From positions 14,065 to 78,064 of the IMG/VR virus record IMGVR_UViG_2700989080_000001: a stretch of DNA of 64,000 nt; one strand, written 5' to 3'. The stretch is from a virus. Taxonomy: Duplodnaviria; Caudoviricetes. A program made the translations under genes and the position numbers. Shown here one piece after another: positions 20,901-29,336 of the stretch. Every line of letters starts with the position of its first letter. The stretch's first letter is position 1. The notes under the pieces are model-generated. The model searched no databases. It was not told the origin of the DNA and saw only the letters and a program-made list of their open reading frames with translations.

Positions 20901-23827
20901 TTGTTGGTCTTGGTGGTGCAATGGCCATCATGACTATCGCTCTATCGCTCATGAGCGGAACTCTCGCCGGTTCGGCAGCCCTCATGGTTGCTTCGCTGGC
21001 GTTGGCCATGCTTATTCCTCCGTTGATGTTGCTTTCGGCAATGTCTTGGCAGGACCTGCTCACAGGTCTTGGTGGACTGGCCGGCATATTCACGGTCATC
21101 GGTCTAGCTGGTTTGCTGTTGACTCCGGTTCTCCCAGCCATCCTCGGTTTGGGTGCAGCAATGGCTATGATCGGTGTGGGTATGGTTGCCGTCGGTGCCG
21201 GAGCATTGCTCTTCTCGATGGCGTTGACTGCGGTCGTCAATGTTCTTGCTCTTGGTAAGACGGCCCTAGTCAATCTGGCAGATACCTTCCCGCTATTGGC
21301 AACAAGATTCGGTGAGGCCATGACGGCTTTTATCGTTTCTCTCGGCGCCAATGCTGGTAAGATCGTCGGTGCATTCAAGGACCTCTTGGTCAAGATGCTC
21401 GACGCAGTCATCGAGATCGCCCCGAAGATCGGGCAAACGGTAAGTACGCTTCTCCAAACCTTCTTGCAGCTGATCATCGACAATGCGCCGATGATTGGTG
21501 CGGCGTTCTCGACTCTTATTCAGACGCTTCTCAACATCGTTACTGAGAATGCGCCTAAAATTTGGGATGCGGGCTTCAATCTGATCACGGGATTCCTTGG
21601 AACCATTCGCGATCGAGTCCCAGAGATTGTCACAATCGCAACCGATATTATTGTCAACTTCATCAACGCGATTTCAAACAATCTCCCCCGAATTGTTCAG
21701 GCTGGCTTCGATCTCGTCATCAACTTCCTGAATAGTCTCGCTAACTCGATTCGAGCAAACAGCGGGTTGGTTACCGACGCTGCATTGAATGTTGCTGACG
21801 CAATCATCGATGGTATGGTTCAGGGCATTTCTCGAGGCATCGGTCGTGTGGTTGACGCCGCAAAGAACATGGCATCGAACGCTCTTAACGCAGCCAAGAA
21901 TTTCCTCGGTATCAATTCACCGTCGAAGGAATTCCGCTATATTGGTGAGTGGGTTGGCGAAGGTTTCGTTCAGGGTATGGAGCGAAGCGAACCCCACGTC
22001 AAAATGGGAGCCATTTCCCTGGCCAAGACGGCTCTCAATGCTACGCAGCATGAGCTTCGTGGTATTTCGAGCATGTTCCAAGAAGCCATGAGCATTCTGT
22101 TCGATGGCGACTTCAAGGGTATTGGTCCTTGGCAGGAAGACGATCCGATCGTCAACACCCTCTTCAATATTCGTGAGGGTCTCGCTGGAATCGGTGGGGC
22201 TGCTCAGGAAGTCTGGAGCATTCTCGGAAGTGGCGATTTCCAGGGAGTCGGTCCTTGGGAGGAAGACGACCCGATCGTCGATACGCTGTTCAATATTCGT
22301 GCGGGTCTCTCCGGCATTGGTGCTGTAGCAACAAGCGTCTTTAGCATTCTCGGTAAGGGCAAGTTTGTCAGCACCGGCGGAATTCTGGAAGAAGATTCTC
22401 CGATTGTCGATACGCTGTTCAATATTCGTGAAGGCTTCGAAGCTATCCAAGGCTCTGCCAAGGAAGCTTGGAGTATCTTGACGGAGAACGACTTCAAGGG
22501 TATCGGTCCTTGGGATGAAGACTCCCCGATTGTTGATACGCTCTTCAACATTCGTAAGGGGTTCGAAGACTTCCAGGATGTTGGTCAGGACGCCATCCAG
22601 GGTCTGATCAACGGTCTTCAGGACGGCGCCAACAACGTCGCGAAGGCTGCACACGATATTGCGACGGGTGCTCTGGACTCGGCAAAGACGGCACTCGGCA
22701 TTCGTTCTCCCTCGCGGGAGTTCAAGAAGGTCGGTGACGACTCGGTCCAGGGTCTCGTCAATGGCGTCAACGACGGTCTGGACAAGGTCGAGAAGTCCGG
22801 CGAGAACATGGCGACGAAGCTCTTCGGCGGCTTCACCAAGAGTATTGGTACGGGCATGCCCGATGTCGTCGAATCAATCGTCAAGGTTCTCAAGAGTGGT
22901 GAGGGCGACCTCAACATTGGTGGTCCGAATGCTCCACTCACGTGGCAGCTGAAGGGCTTGAACCAGGCACTCAAGCAGACCGATCTGCAGCTGGCTATAT
23001 TCTTCGGCGCTGTCGATGCGGCAGACCCGAAGGCTCTCGAAGAGTATGTCGAGAAGGCCGCAAACAACCTCACGTTCCTTGCAGGTATCCTGGACGGTTT
23101 GGCTAGCTCTGCTAATCAGGCGTTCGCGAAGCTCAAGGAAGGCGAGACGCTCGACAAGGTTATCGGTAATGAGGACTTCCTCAGCGGGATTCTCAATGCC
23201 GTCTTGTCTCTCGTCCCTGGCGTTGAGGGTGCAGCTATTCGACTGGGCGTTACCCTTGTGAATGGTCTGTTTGGAGCTATATTCGGAGAGACCCTTCTCG
23301 GGATGCTTGGTAACTTTGTTCAGAAGGCAATCCAAACGGTTGCCGGCTGGTTCGGTATCAAGTTCCCCGTGAAGGAAGAGATCAAGGAAGGCGAGAAGGC
23401 GCTCGACGACTTCATCGTCAAGGTCGAAGGTGGCGTTGGCAGGTTCAATAAGCTGACCGAAGAGGGAGTGAAGGCTCTGACCAACACTCTCGTCGGTGTC
23501 AACGCCGCGGTCGACGAGATCAACACCCAGCCGAAGATCACGCCTGTCCTTGAACTGAAGCAATTCAACAGGGACAGCGCTAGTATGCTCGATGGCCTCA
23601 ACTCTGCGTCTATATCTTTGGATACATCTGCAGGGAAGGCTGACACGCTCTTCAACAAGCAGCGTGAGTTCGCTGAGAACCAATCTATCGTCGAGCCGGT
23701 TCAGCCGAACATCAACATCGAGTACAACCAGACGAACAATTCACCGAAGCCCATTAGTCATGTCGAGGTCTTCCGACAGACTAAGAGCCAACTATCACTG
23801 ACTAAGGAGGCGTTGAAGGTATCATGA
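17972..23827 (+). CDS. Tape measure protein
   Basis: 1951 aa, Ala/Gly-rich helical, tape-measure N-domain, two LGI.SPS.EF motifs. Confidence 0.93.
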   Translation: MSLIEDLIVGMKFDNKQFEAGARITMATLAQLKGSMNFTGASKGIDDVQASVNRFSMDSAGAGVDTFSAKFVALSTVAITALSNITNRAIDAGINIAKALTVTPIKDGFDEYELKMGSIQTIMANTAKEYGDDKAAGLRNVTASLDELNTYADKTIYNFGDMTKNIGLFTNAGIGVKDATTMIKGFSNEAAASGTSAQGAAGAAYQLSQALSAGQITLMDWRSLTNVGMGNKNMQEGIVDIAQAMGELDKAGVTSKSVLEDFNGSLEKKWLKADVMQNYLKIQAGELNAEQMKTLGLTDEQISKFQRQSETAFEAATKVRTWTQLVGTIKEGVGSSWSETADLIIGDFDQATELFTGIMDKIEPIIGGMGDARNKLLEGWAKDGGRDAFVASIFNVIDALTSVIKPIKEAFQNIFPPATSATLISMTVAIKNFTEKLKIGGETADKLKRTFSGVFAILGIGWEIVKGVASVFGKLFGAVGSGSGGFLSLTAKIGDFLTKIHAGIKSGGLFTKIFEVLGTVLAVPIKIFGNLTEAVANFFGALGNLGGAIGQVYGILAKGDFKGGPFSEDSKIVDILFRIREAFEVVGSAVSQFWNILAKGDFVSGVFGEDSAIVDGLFKFRDMIKDFFSPGNLTKMLGIGAGGGLAVAIGMLLKKGIKFGVDDSEGGMFDTIKGMFAGIKGTFESVSGVLDSLTGSLTAMQNNIKATVLLKIAAAVGLLALSVKLLSTIDAGDLAKSMAAIATGFGMLLGAMTVMSKISGAGGLATFPAIAAGMMLMSGAILILAAAAKVFASMEWDEILRGLVGVGVTMGLLVGAAYGLGKAEGPMLRAGLAMIPLAIGIRILATAIKAMGDIQWPELIRGLTGLTVSLAAITLALRYMPENMPAIGLGLTLVGAGLLVIATAVKQMGNTDTDVLVKGLIGISAALAAITLALRFMPKNMPSIGFGLIMVAGALQLITGAIKTMGGMEWEELIRGLVGLGGAMAIMTIALSLMSGTLAGSAALMVASLALAMLIPPLMLLSAMSWQDLLTGLGGLAGIFTVIGLAGLLLTPVLPAILGLGAAMAMIGVGMVAVGAGALLFSMALTAVVNVLALGKTALVNLADTFPLLATRFGEAMTAFIVSLGANAGKIVGAFKDLLVKMLDAVIEIAPKIGQTVSTLLQTFLQLIIDNAPMIGAAFSTLIQTLLNIVTENAPKIWDAGFNLITGFLGTIRDRVPEIVTIATDIIVNFINAISNNLPRIVQAGFDLVINFLNSLANSIRANSGLVTDAALNVADAIIDGMVQGISRGIGRVVDAAKNMASNALNAAKNFLGINSPSKEFRYIGEWVGEGFVQGMERSEPHVKMGAISLAKTALNATQHELRGISSMFQEAMSILFDGDFKGIGPWQEDDPIVNTLFNIREGLAGIGGAAQEVWSILGSGDFQGVGPWEEDDPIVDTLFNIRAGLSGIGAVATSVFSILGKGKFVSTGGILEEDSPIVDTLFNIREGFEAIQGSAKEAWSILTENDFKGIGPWDEDSPIVDTLFNIRKGFEDFQDVGQDAIQGLINGLQDGANNVAKAAHDIATGALDSAKTALGIRSPSREFKKVGDDSVQGLVNGVNDGLDKVEKSGENMATKLFGGFTKSIGTGMPDVVESIVKVLKSGEGDLNIGGPNAPLTWQLKGLNQALKQTDLQLAIFFGAVDAADPKALEEYVEKAANNLTFLAGILDGLASSANQAFAKLKEGETLDKVIGNEDFLSGILNAVLSLVPGVEGAAIRLGVTLVNGLFGAIFGETLLGMLGNFVQKAIQTVAGWFGIKFPVKEEIKEGEKALDDFIVKVEGGVGRFNKLTEEGVKALTNTLVGVNAAVDEINTQPKITPVLELKQFNRDSASMLDGLNSASISLDTSAGKADTLFNKQREFAENQSIVEPVQPNINIEYNQTNNSPKPISHVEVFRQTKSQLSLTKEALKVS

Positions 23828-24651
23828 AGTTTGACAAAGTTATATTGGCCGGCGCAACGCCTATCACTCTGTTCGATCACAAGAACCCACGTTCTACGCC
23901 ATACACAACGAGGACGATTGATGGTCTGGGTCCAACAGAGGTTAACGTCGCTCTTGCACAGAACCTCGAAGGTGGGGGTCTGTATATTGGGCGACGTCCT
24001 CAGCTCCGTGAGATCACTGTAAATGCTTCTCTGAACCCGGACTACACTATTGGACAAACGCCGGAGAAACTGAGAGAAGATATTTACCGGCTGGTTCCGG
24101 TGAACAGAGATCGATCGCTGGACTTCTGTCTATTGCTGAACGGCGAGGAACTTGCAATCACGCCTGTGTACGTCAAGCGTGTGGATGTCTCGCCGTTCAG
24201 CAAGGACACGTTGTTCCAGATCGTTCTTGCTTCGACGTCGGAGTACTTTGCCAAGAGGGTTCCGATCCTTAACGAGGCTCCGGACTTCAACCTTCTGAAC
24301 CCGAACTTTGTCAACGTTGGGTCTGCCCCCAGCGGTTTCCGAGTTCGGGTTCGGTTCACCGGGGCGGCAACGCAGTTTGGATTCTATCGATTCAATCTGC
24401 CTGACCGCATGCTCGTCACGTACAACTTCCAAGCGAACGATATTCTGGAGATCAACACAAACCAAGGCAGTCGTGGTGTGTGGTTGACGCGTGGTGGCGT
24501 CGTATCCAGTCTTATCGGATCGCTCAGTACGGATTCGACCTGGCTCACTATGGAGTCCGGCGACAATCCACTCGTGACGTACGTCGGTATCGGAACACCA
24601 CAGTTCACTTGGCAGCAATTCGAGTATCGCCCTAAGTATCTGGGAGTGTGA
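23824..24651 (+). CDS. Distal tail protein (Dit-like)
   Basis: Directly after tape measure; W..L..G.N C-terminal pattern. Confidence 0.7.
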   Translation: MKFDKVILAGATPITLFDHKNPRSTPYTTRTIDGLGPTEVNVALAQNLEGGGLYIGRRPQLREITVNASLNPDYTIGQTPEKLREDIYRLVPVNRDRSLDFCLLLNGEELAITPVYVKRVDVSPFSKDTLFQIVLASTSEYFAKRVPILNEAPDFNLLNPNFVNVGSAPSGFRVRVRFTGAATQFGFYRFNLPDRMLVTYNFQANDILEINTNQGSRGVWLTRGGVVSSLIGSLSTDSTWLTMESGDNPLVTYVGIGTPQFTWQQFEYRPKYLGV

Positions 24652-24654
24652 TTC

Positions 24655-26049
24655 ATGGATCTCGTAACTCTCAAAGATTGGGTGTATCCGACGATACCCA
24701 CCCATCCGTGGTACGTTCCGGACGATGCTGTCGGTCGCCACAGTGATCCGCTATATTCGACACCGTCTCCGAAGCAGCCCGGAGTCTACACGCCTCTGAA
24801 TCTCGTCGAGGGTTATACGTCGCTCATTTGGAAAGAGAGCTTCGCCGGCACCAACGGTACTTTCGAGCTCAAAACCTACGACATCCAAAAGACCCTCGAT
24901 GCGCTTCCGAAGTGGACTCTGGTCAGTCTTCTCGACACGGACGAAGTCTACATCGTCACGACTCGCCATATTGGTACGGACGAAGGCGGCGTGGACACGC
25001 TTACGGTCTCTGGCGTGAGCATCCTGAAGTTTCTTCTCGAAAACCGAATCACTTGGGCGTATGATCCGTCAGTTCCGACGGCTATTCGCGCGACCAACGT
25101 GAATCTGAACTTCAGGATTCCAGACCACATGGCGTTTATATTGTGGGCGGGGCTTGTGTTCCCTTTTCGCGAAGGTGGCGTCAATGGCGGAAAGCCCTTC
25201 GAGCTGCCGTACGACATAACGGTTCCTCACTCGGCAATCTCACAAAGTTTGTATGATCCCACAAAGGGCGATCTATATACGACTGAGTGGCCTCCGCCGA
25301 TCGAGTCTCGAATCACTTCGGTAAACGATCTCATGGCGTTGACACAGCGGTTCGGCGTCAGAACCATCCGCCCAAGAGGTGCGACGGCGCTGATCTACAA
25401 ACCTTCGTTGACGTCAAAGTTCGGTGAGTACGACCCTCCGGTGTTGCAAACGAACATCGACAAGATGTTGTTCGACGTATACGAGGGTCTCGACCGAACC
25501 AAAGCCGATGTGAATCGAATTGTGTTCCGCTACGACGCAGGCGATATTCTCAACTCCGAGTTCTTGGACTCAATCGAGACGTTCAAGAATGCGGTCAACT
25601 CGCATGCCGAAGTGGATCCGGCCAAAACCGCGTTCCAAGGCATGTTCCCGCCGCATATTTCCAAGGTCCATTACGCAACGGGATTGCCGGGAAGTACTCT
25701 GGAAGACACGGTGAAGCCGGGAACTCGTTTCTTGATGGGTGAGGTTGCTTCAACGGCCGACTTGAAGAACTACAACCTCAATGCGGCTACGTCAGCACGC
25801 ATGTCTGCCGATGCATACAAGTATCTGAAAGACAACAAGCGTATCGACATGCTGACTGCCGATATTTCGCCTGACACGCAGTACAAGTACAAAGTGCACT
25901 ACAACCTCGGCGACATTGTCTACGTGCAAGGGAAGTACGGCGGACTGCAGAAGATGGTTGTCTCCGAATACACCCGCACATCCGAGAACATCGGTGAGAG
26001 CGGATACCCAACCCTTGTACGATGGGAGGATCCAAGTGGCAGCACCTAA
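24655..26049 (+). CDS. Minor tail / baseplate hub protein
   Basis: YTSLIW.E....G.FEL N-terminus; YNLGDIV C-terminus. Confidence 0.7.
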   Translation: MDLVTLKDWVYPTIPTHPWYVPDDAVGRHSDPLYSTPSPKQPGVYTPLNLVEGYTSLIWKESFAGTNGTFELKTYDIQKTLDALPKWTLVSLLDTDEVYIVTTRHIGTDEGGVDTLTVSGVSILKFLLENRITWAYDPSVPTAIRATNVNLNFRIPDHMAFILWAGLVFPFREGGVNGGKPFELPYDITVPHSAISQSLYDPTKGDLYTTEWPPPIESRITSVNDLMALTQRFGVRTIRPRGATALIYKPSLTSKFGEYDPPVLQTNIDKMLFDVYEGLDRTKADVNRIVFRYDAGDILNSEFLDSIETFKNAVNSHAEVDPAKTAFQGMFPPHISKVHYATGLPGSTLEDTVKPGTRFLMGEVASTADLKNYNLNAATSARMSADAYKYLKDNKRIDMLTADISPDTQYKYKVHYNLGDIVYVQGKYGGLQKMVVSEYTRTSENIGESGYPTLVRWEDPSGST

Positions 26050-26077
26050 TTCTTGTCAGTGGGAAGGAGGTGAACTT

Positions 26078-26662
26078 GTGGAGGAAACAAAACCAAGGTG
26101 GAATGCCGTTAAGCCCTGGAATCGTCATGGCTTAATTCTTACCGTCGTTGGTATTGCGTACATCCTCATCGGAGTCACTTATATTCTTGCCGAACCAAGT
26201 GAAGCCCGACAGGAAGCACTGAGTTTCGCTCTCAGCATCATGCCGTATGATTGGTGGGGTGTTGGGTTCGTTGTGGTGGGTATCATCTCCACCATGTCGT
26301 CTCGTTGGCCGTCGCTGCCTAGAACGTTGGGTTATTCAACGTTGACTGGTTGGTCGTCGGCTTGGGCCGGGTTTCATATCGTAGGCGGCCTATCGCAGCA
26401 CGCTACACATCTATCCTATGCGGCAGGTGGTTTGGCATGGGGGTTGATGGGGTTTCTTTGGTGGGCGATTAGCGGCTTAATTTGTCCACCGAAGGAAAGG
26501 GGGGTATGTGGACGCCCTGCCCCATTTCGTGAGCCTCGCTGTCGCTTTGATTGCGGCATTGTCCGCGTTAGCGACACAGCAGGCGTCATCGAAAGCAAGT
26601 CGGAAAGAGAAACAGGAAGCTTCCCGAGCCAGCATGGAGACGGAAGCGTACGAAAGAGCTAG
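26078..26662 (+). CDS. Multi-pass membrane protein (holin candidate)
   Basis: AAGGAGG RBS before GTG; about four hydrophobic helices; end of late module. Confidence 0.55.
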   Translation: MEETKPRWNAVKPWNRHGLILTVVGIAYILIGVTYILAEPSEARQEALSFALSIMPYDWWGVGFVVVGIISTMSSRWPSLPRTLGYSTLTGWSSAWAGFHIVGGLSQHATHLSYAAGGLAWGLMGFLWWAISGLICPPKERGVCGRPAPFREPRCRFDCGIVRVSDTAGVIESKSERETGSFPSQHGDGSVRKS

Positions 26663-26849
26663 GGCTTTCGATATTGCGACGATCGATCGTCAGAACGAGC
26701 AGATCGCGGCTCTTCTGGAAAAGGTCGCCAAGCAGGACGCAGAGATGACTCAGCTTCAAGAGAAATTGAAGATGACGAACGAGCGTCTTGAGAGTATCGA
26801 AAGCCATACCTGTGGCCCGGATGCGGGTTTGGAGACAGCTAGTGGTTGA
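26508..26849 (+). CDS. Membrane-anchored coiled-coil protein (lysis accessory candidate)
   Basis: N-terminal hydrophobic helix then coiled coil. Confidence 0.55.
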   Translation: MDALPHFVSLAVALIAALSALATQQASSKASRKEKQEASRASMETEAYERARAFDIATIDRQNEQIAALLEKVAKQDAEMTQLQEKLKMTNERLESIESHTCGPDAGLETASG

Positions 26850-26858
26850 ACAGACTAT

Positions 26859-26901
26859 TCGCAAAAATTACACAGCCTATAATGAGACCCCTATGAAAGG
26901 A
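26859..26901 (+). promoter_or_regulatory. Phage promoter + leader + RBS, copy 1
   Basis: TCGCA-N14-TATAAT-GAGACCCCTATGAAAGGA. Confidence 0.85.
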
Positions 26902-26907
26902 ACTGTT

Positions 26908-27207
26908 ATGTTCAACTCCAAGCCCTCTGACTCCAAGGTTGGACTCGAGAACGCCATCAATTCTCTGCTCGAAGAGATGTCACATTTGAATGGTGATTCC
27001 GAAGAATACGCTAAGATGACGGAACAGCTGGACGTGCTCTACAAGCTCAAGGAAGTCGACCACAAGGTCGAAGCCGGAAAGCGAGTGAGCGCTGACACGC
27101 TGGCCATCATCGCAGGCAACGTTCTCGGAATCGCCATGATCGTGGGACACGAACGAGTGAGCATTCTGACGTCGAAGGCCCTACCCTTGCTGATGAAGCT
27201 GAAGTAA
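26908..27207 (+). CDS. Hypothetical protein with C-terminal hydrophobic segment
   Basis: ATG after GAAAGGA. Confidence 0.75.
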   Translation: MFNSKPSDSKVGLENAINSLLEEMSHLNGDSEEYAKMTEQLDVLYKLKEVDHKVEAGKRVSADTLAIIAGNVLGIAMIVGHERVSILTSKALPLLMKLK

Positions 27208-27231
27208 CAAACACCCCCACAGGTGCCCCCG

Positions 27232-27285
27232 ACTGAGGAGGCTTGTAAGGACGAGATCCATATCCTTGCAAGCCTTCTCAGTTTT
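27232..27285 (+). terminator. Intrinsic terminator
   Basis: ACTGAGGAGGCTTGTAAGGA/TCCTTGCAAGCCTTCTCAGT stem + TTT. Confidence 0.75.
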
Positions 27286-27352
27286 CGTCGCATCTAAAAC
27301 ACGGCTTCTCAATTTTTCCCGGGGAGGAATTTTGGGATTAAGTCTTCAAGAA

Positions 27353-27395
27353 TCGCATATTTTACACACCCTATAATGAGACCCCTATGAAAGGA
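27353..27395 (+). promoter_or_regulatory. Phage promoter copy 2
   Basis: TCGCA-N14-TATAAT-GAGACCCCTATGAAAGGA. Confidence 0.85.
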
Positions 27396-27404
27396 AAGAT
27401 CACT

Positions 27405-27677
27405 ATGGAAACCCGTGCCTACTACTATGGTGACGGAACTGACAACGTCGTACAGTTGACAGAAGCTCAGGCTAACGCCAGTAACAAGGCCATGTTCTAC
27501 CCCGTGGAAGAAGAGAAGGACTCGACAGGAGAAACACAAATCCTGGTCAAGACCAATCTGACCCGCGAGGAGATCGTCCATTACAACGAAGCCGCAGACA
27601 TTCTGAACGTGTACCTCGAAACTCACACCGTCACATACAACGACATGGAGCAACCAATGCTTCGCCCAGTCAAGTAA
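27405..27677 (+). CDS. Hypothetical acidic protein
   Basis: Promoter/RBS upstream, hairpin downstream. Confidence 0.75.
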   Translation: METRAYYYGDGTDNVVQLTEAQANASNKAMFYPVEEEKDSTGETQILVKTNLTREEIVHYNEAADILNVYLETHTVTYNDMEQPMLRPVK

Positions 27678-27735
27678 GTCTCCGCCGCACTGAGATGCCA
27701 CCCAGGCATTTCAGTTTTCCTACAGAGGAGTTAAC

Positions 27736-27951
27736 GTGGTTGACAAGATATTCGCTGCTACGAACGTTATGTCGTCCTTCGCCGACCCAGAGTACTTGTT
27801 CGGAGTTTCTGTTGGCGTCGCCGCACTTCACCTATATTACAGAACGAAGTACAAAGCGATGCTGACCGCTCATGATCTGGATCGACTTCGTAAGGGTCTC
27901 CCAGTCAAGATCGATACTTCCCGCGGACCCATCTATATTCGTGAGGTTTAG
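27736..27951 (+). CDS. Small membrane protein
   Basis: GAGGAG RBS; one hydrophobic helix. Confidence 0.65.
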   Translation: MVDKIFAATNVMSSFADPEYLFGVSVGVAALHLYYRTKYKAMLTAHDLDRLRKGLPVKIDTSRGPIYIREV

Positions 27952-27954
27952 ACG

Positions 27955-27998
27955 TCGCACAGAATACACGCCCTATAATGAAACCCTCGACGAAAGGA
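27955..27998 (+). promoter_or_regulatory. Phage promoter copy 3
   Basis: TCGCA-N14-TATAAT-GAAACCCTCGACGAAAGGA. Confidence 0.85.
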
Positions 27999-28004
27999 CC
28001 AATC

Positions 28005-28178
28005 ATGAACGACAAGATTGCTGCCGTCAAGAATCACGTCAAGAAGCACCGCGCGAAGTATGCGGTTGCAGGAACGCTAGTCGTCTGCACCGTCATCCAT
28101 ATTCGCATCGTGAGCAACTTGAACAGGTTCCTCGACGACCACGATCTGATGGACATGTACTACACCAACGGAGAGTAA
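28005..28178 (+). CDS. Small membrane protein
   Basis: Cassette gene; one hydrophobic helix. Confidence 0.7.
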   Translation: MNDKIAAVKNHVKKHRAKYAVAGTLVVCTVIHIRIVSNLNRFLDDHDLMDMYYTNGE

Positions 28179-28226
28179 CAACGAACTGGAATGCCAATCT
28201 ACACACGGCATTTCAGTTTTTGCCTT

Positions 28227-28269
28227 TCGCAAGAATTACACGCCTTATAATGAGACCCCTACGAAAGGA
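28227..28269 (+). promoter_or_regulatory. Phage promoter copy 4
   Basis: TCGCA-N14-TATAAT-GAGACCCCTACGAAAGGA. Confidence 0.85.
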
Positions 28270-28277
28270 CGCCCATC

Positions 28278-28556
28278 ATGAACAACAAGATCGCTATCGC
28301 TGCCCTTGCTGTTGGAGCACTTGCCGTCGCTGGGATCGCCACAATCAACTGCTTGCAGATTACTCGCGAAGAGGAAGCCAAGCGTGCCGAGTTCAAACGA
28401 AATGAAGAACTCAACGTCCACGCCGTCACCCTTGCCGCGATGCGAATCAGCGAACGTTTGGAAGCTGGCGATCACTTCGCGTCGGTGAATGACCTGACAG
28501 ACAACTTCAACGAAGAGATCAAGTTCCAGAAGATTGCTGTCCGATTCGATAGCTGA
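28278..28556 (+). CDS. Small protein with N-terminal membrane anchor
   Basis: Cassette gene. Confidence 0.7.
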   Translation: MNNKIAIAALAVGALAVAGIATINCLQITREEEAKRAEFKRNEELNVHAVTLAAMRISERLEAGDHFASVNDLTDNFNEEIKFQKIAVRFDS

Positions 28557-28603
28557 ATCGAAAGCCTAAACCCACATGCTACACGGGTTTTAGGTTTTAC
28601 CAA

Positions 28604-28628
28604 TCGCAGAAAAAACACGCACTATAAT
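28604..28628 (+). promoter_or_regulatory. Phage promoter copy 5 (drives tRNA-like RNA)
   Basis: TCGCA-N14-TATAAT then AGAAGG. Confidence 0.85.
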
Positions 28629-28630
28629 AG

Positions 28631-28718
28631 AAGGAGAGACTCGTAGCTCAGTTGGAATGAGCGTCGTCAGCAATGACGAAGGTCGCAGGTTCGAGTCCTG
28701 CCGAGCTCTTCTTTTTTT
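28631..28718 (+). ncRNA. tRNA-like RNA lacking an anticodon loop
   Basis: D arm GCTC/GAGC, T arm GCAGG-TTCGAGT-CCTGC, anticodon arm TCGTCA-GCAA-TGACGA, extended acceptor-like stem, T-run, no CCA. Confidence 0.75.
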
Positions 28719-28722
28719 GCCT

Positions 28723-28765
28723 TCGCAGAAAAAACACGCACTATAATGAGACCCCTACGAAAGGA
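28723..28765 (+). promoter_or_regulatory. Phage promoter copy 6
   Basis: TCGCA-N14-TATAAT-GAGACCCCTACGAAAGGA. Confidence 0.85.
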
Positions 28766-28773
28766 AAAAGAAC

Positions 28774-28986
28774 ATGACGAACCAGAATGGTAACGAACTC
28801 TTCCTTAGCGAGAGCCTTCGAGAGAAGCTGCGCAATCTCAAAGACACCTCCGTTCCGCCGCAGATGGTAATCAATCCCGTCTACGTCAACGAAGCTGTCA
28901 GTGAGATCAACAAAGCCATTTCCGAGCTCCCCGCCAAAGAGAAGCGTCGTCCCTTCGGATTCATCACCGATCGATTCCGTAAGTAA
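28774..28986 (+). CDS. Hypothetical protein
   Basis: Cassette gene. Confidence 0.7.
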   Translation: MTNQNGNELFLSESLREKLRNLKDTSVPPQMVINPVYVNEAVSEINKAISELPAKEKRRPFGFITDRFRK

Positions 28987-29033
28987 AATCCAAAACCACA
29001 AGTCCAAGCTACACGGGCTTTTGGTTTTATCGA

Positions 29034-29058
29034 TCGCAGAAAAAACACGCACTATAAT
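29034..29058 (+). promoter_or_regulatory. Phage promoter copy 7 (drives structured RNA)
   Basis: TCGCA-N14-TATAAT. Confidence 0.85.
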
Positions 29059-29189
29059 GAGAAGGAAACTTCTTCTATAAGAGAAAGGCGAGACGCGAAT
29101 GCGTAGGTACGACACCTACCCGCCTGGCGCAAAGAACAGTAATCACGAGTTTTCAGCGGACCGTGAGCCCATGTTCTCTTATAGTTTTT
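29059..29189 (+). ncRNA. Putative multi-branched structured RNA
   Basis: No RBS/ORF; 11-bp closing stem CTATAAGAGAA/TTCTCTTATAG followed by T5; internal helices. Confidence 0.6.
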
Positions 29190-29288
29190 GCCTATATTTA
29201 CCTGAATTCGTCAGAGTGACGTTTTAGCCCATACCCCGGGTAGGGTCAAAACGTGGTTCTGTCCACTTCATGTATTTTTACGTAGGAA

Positions 29289-29331
29289 TCGCATTAAAAA
29301 CACACCATATAATGAGACCCCTACGAAAGGA
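29289..29331 (+). promoter_or_regulatory. Phage promoter copy 8
   Basis: TCGCA-N14-TATAAT-GAGACCCCTACGAAAGGA. Confidence 0.85.
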
Positions 29332-29336
29332 TTACC

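Noticed and set aside
28631-28718. Functional decoding tRNA
   Set aside because: No 7-nt anticodon loop, irregular acceptor stem, no CCA
29059-29189. Known self-cleaving ribozyme or riboswitch
   Set aside because: No hammerhead, twister or HDV core recognisable by eye; left as unknown RNA
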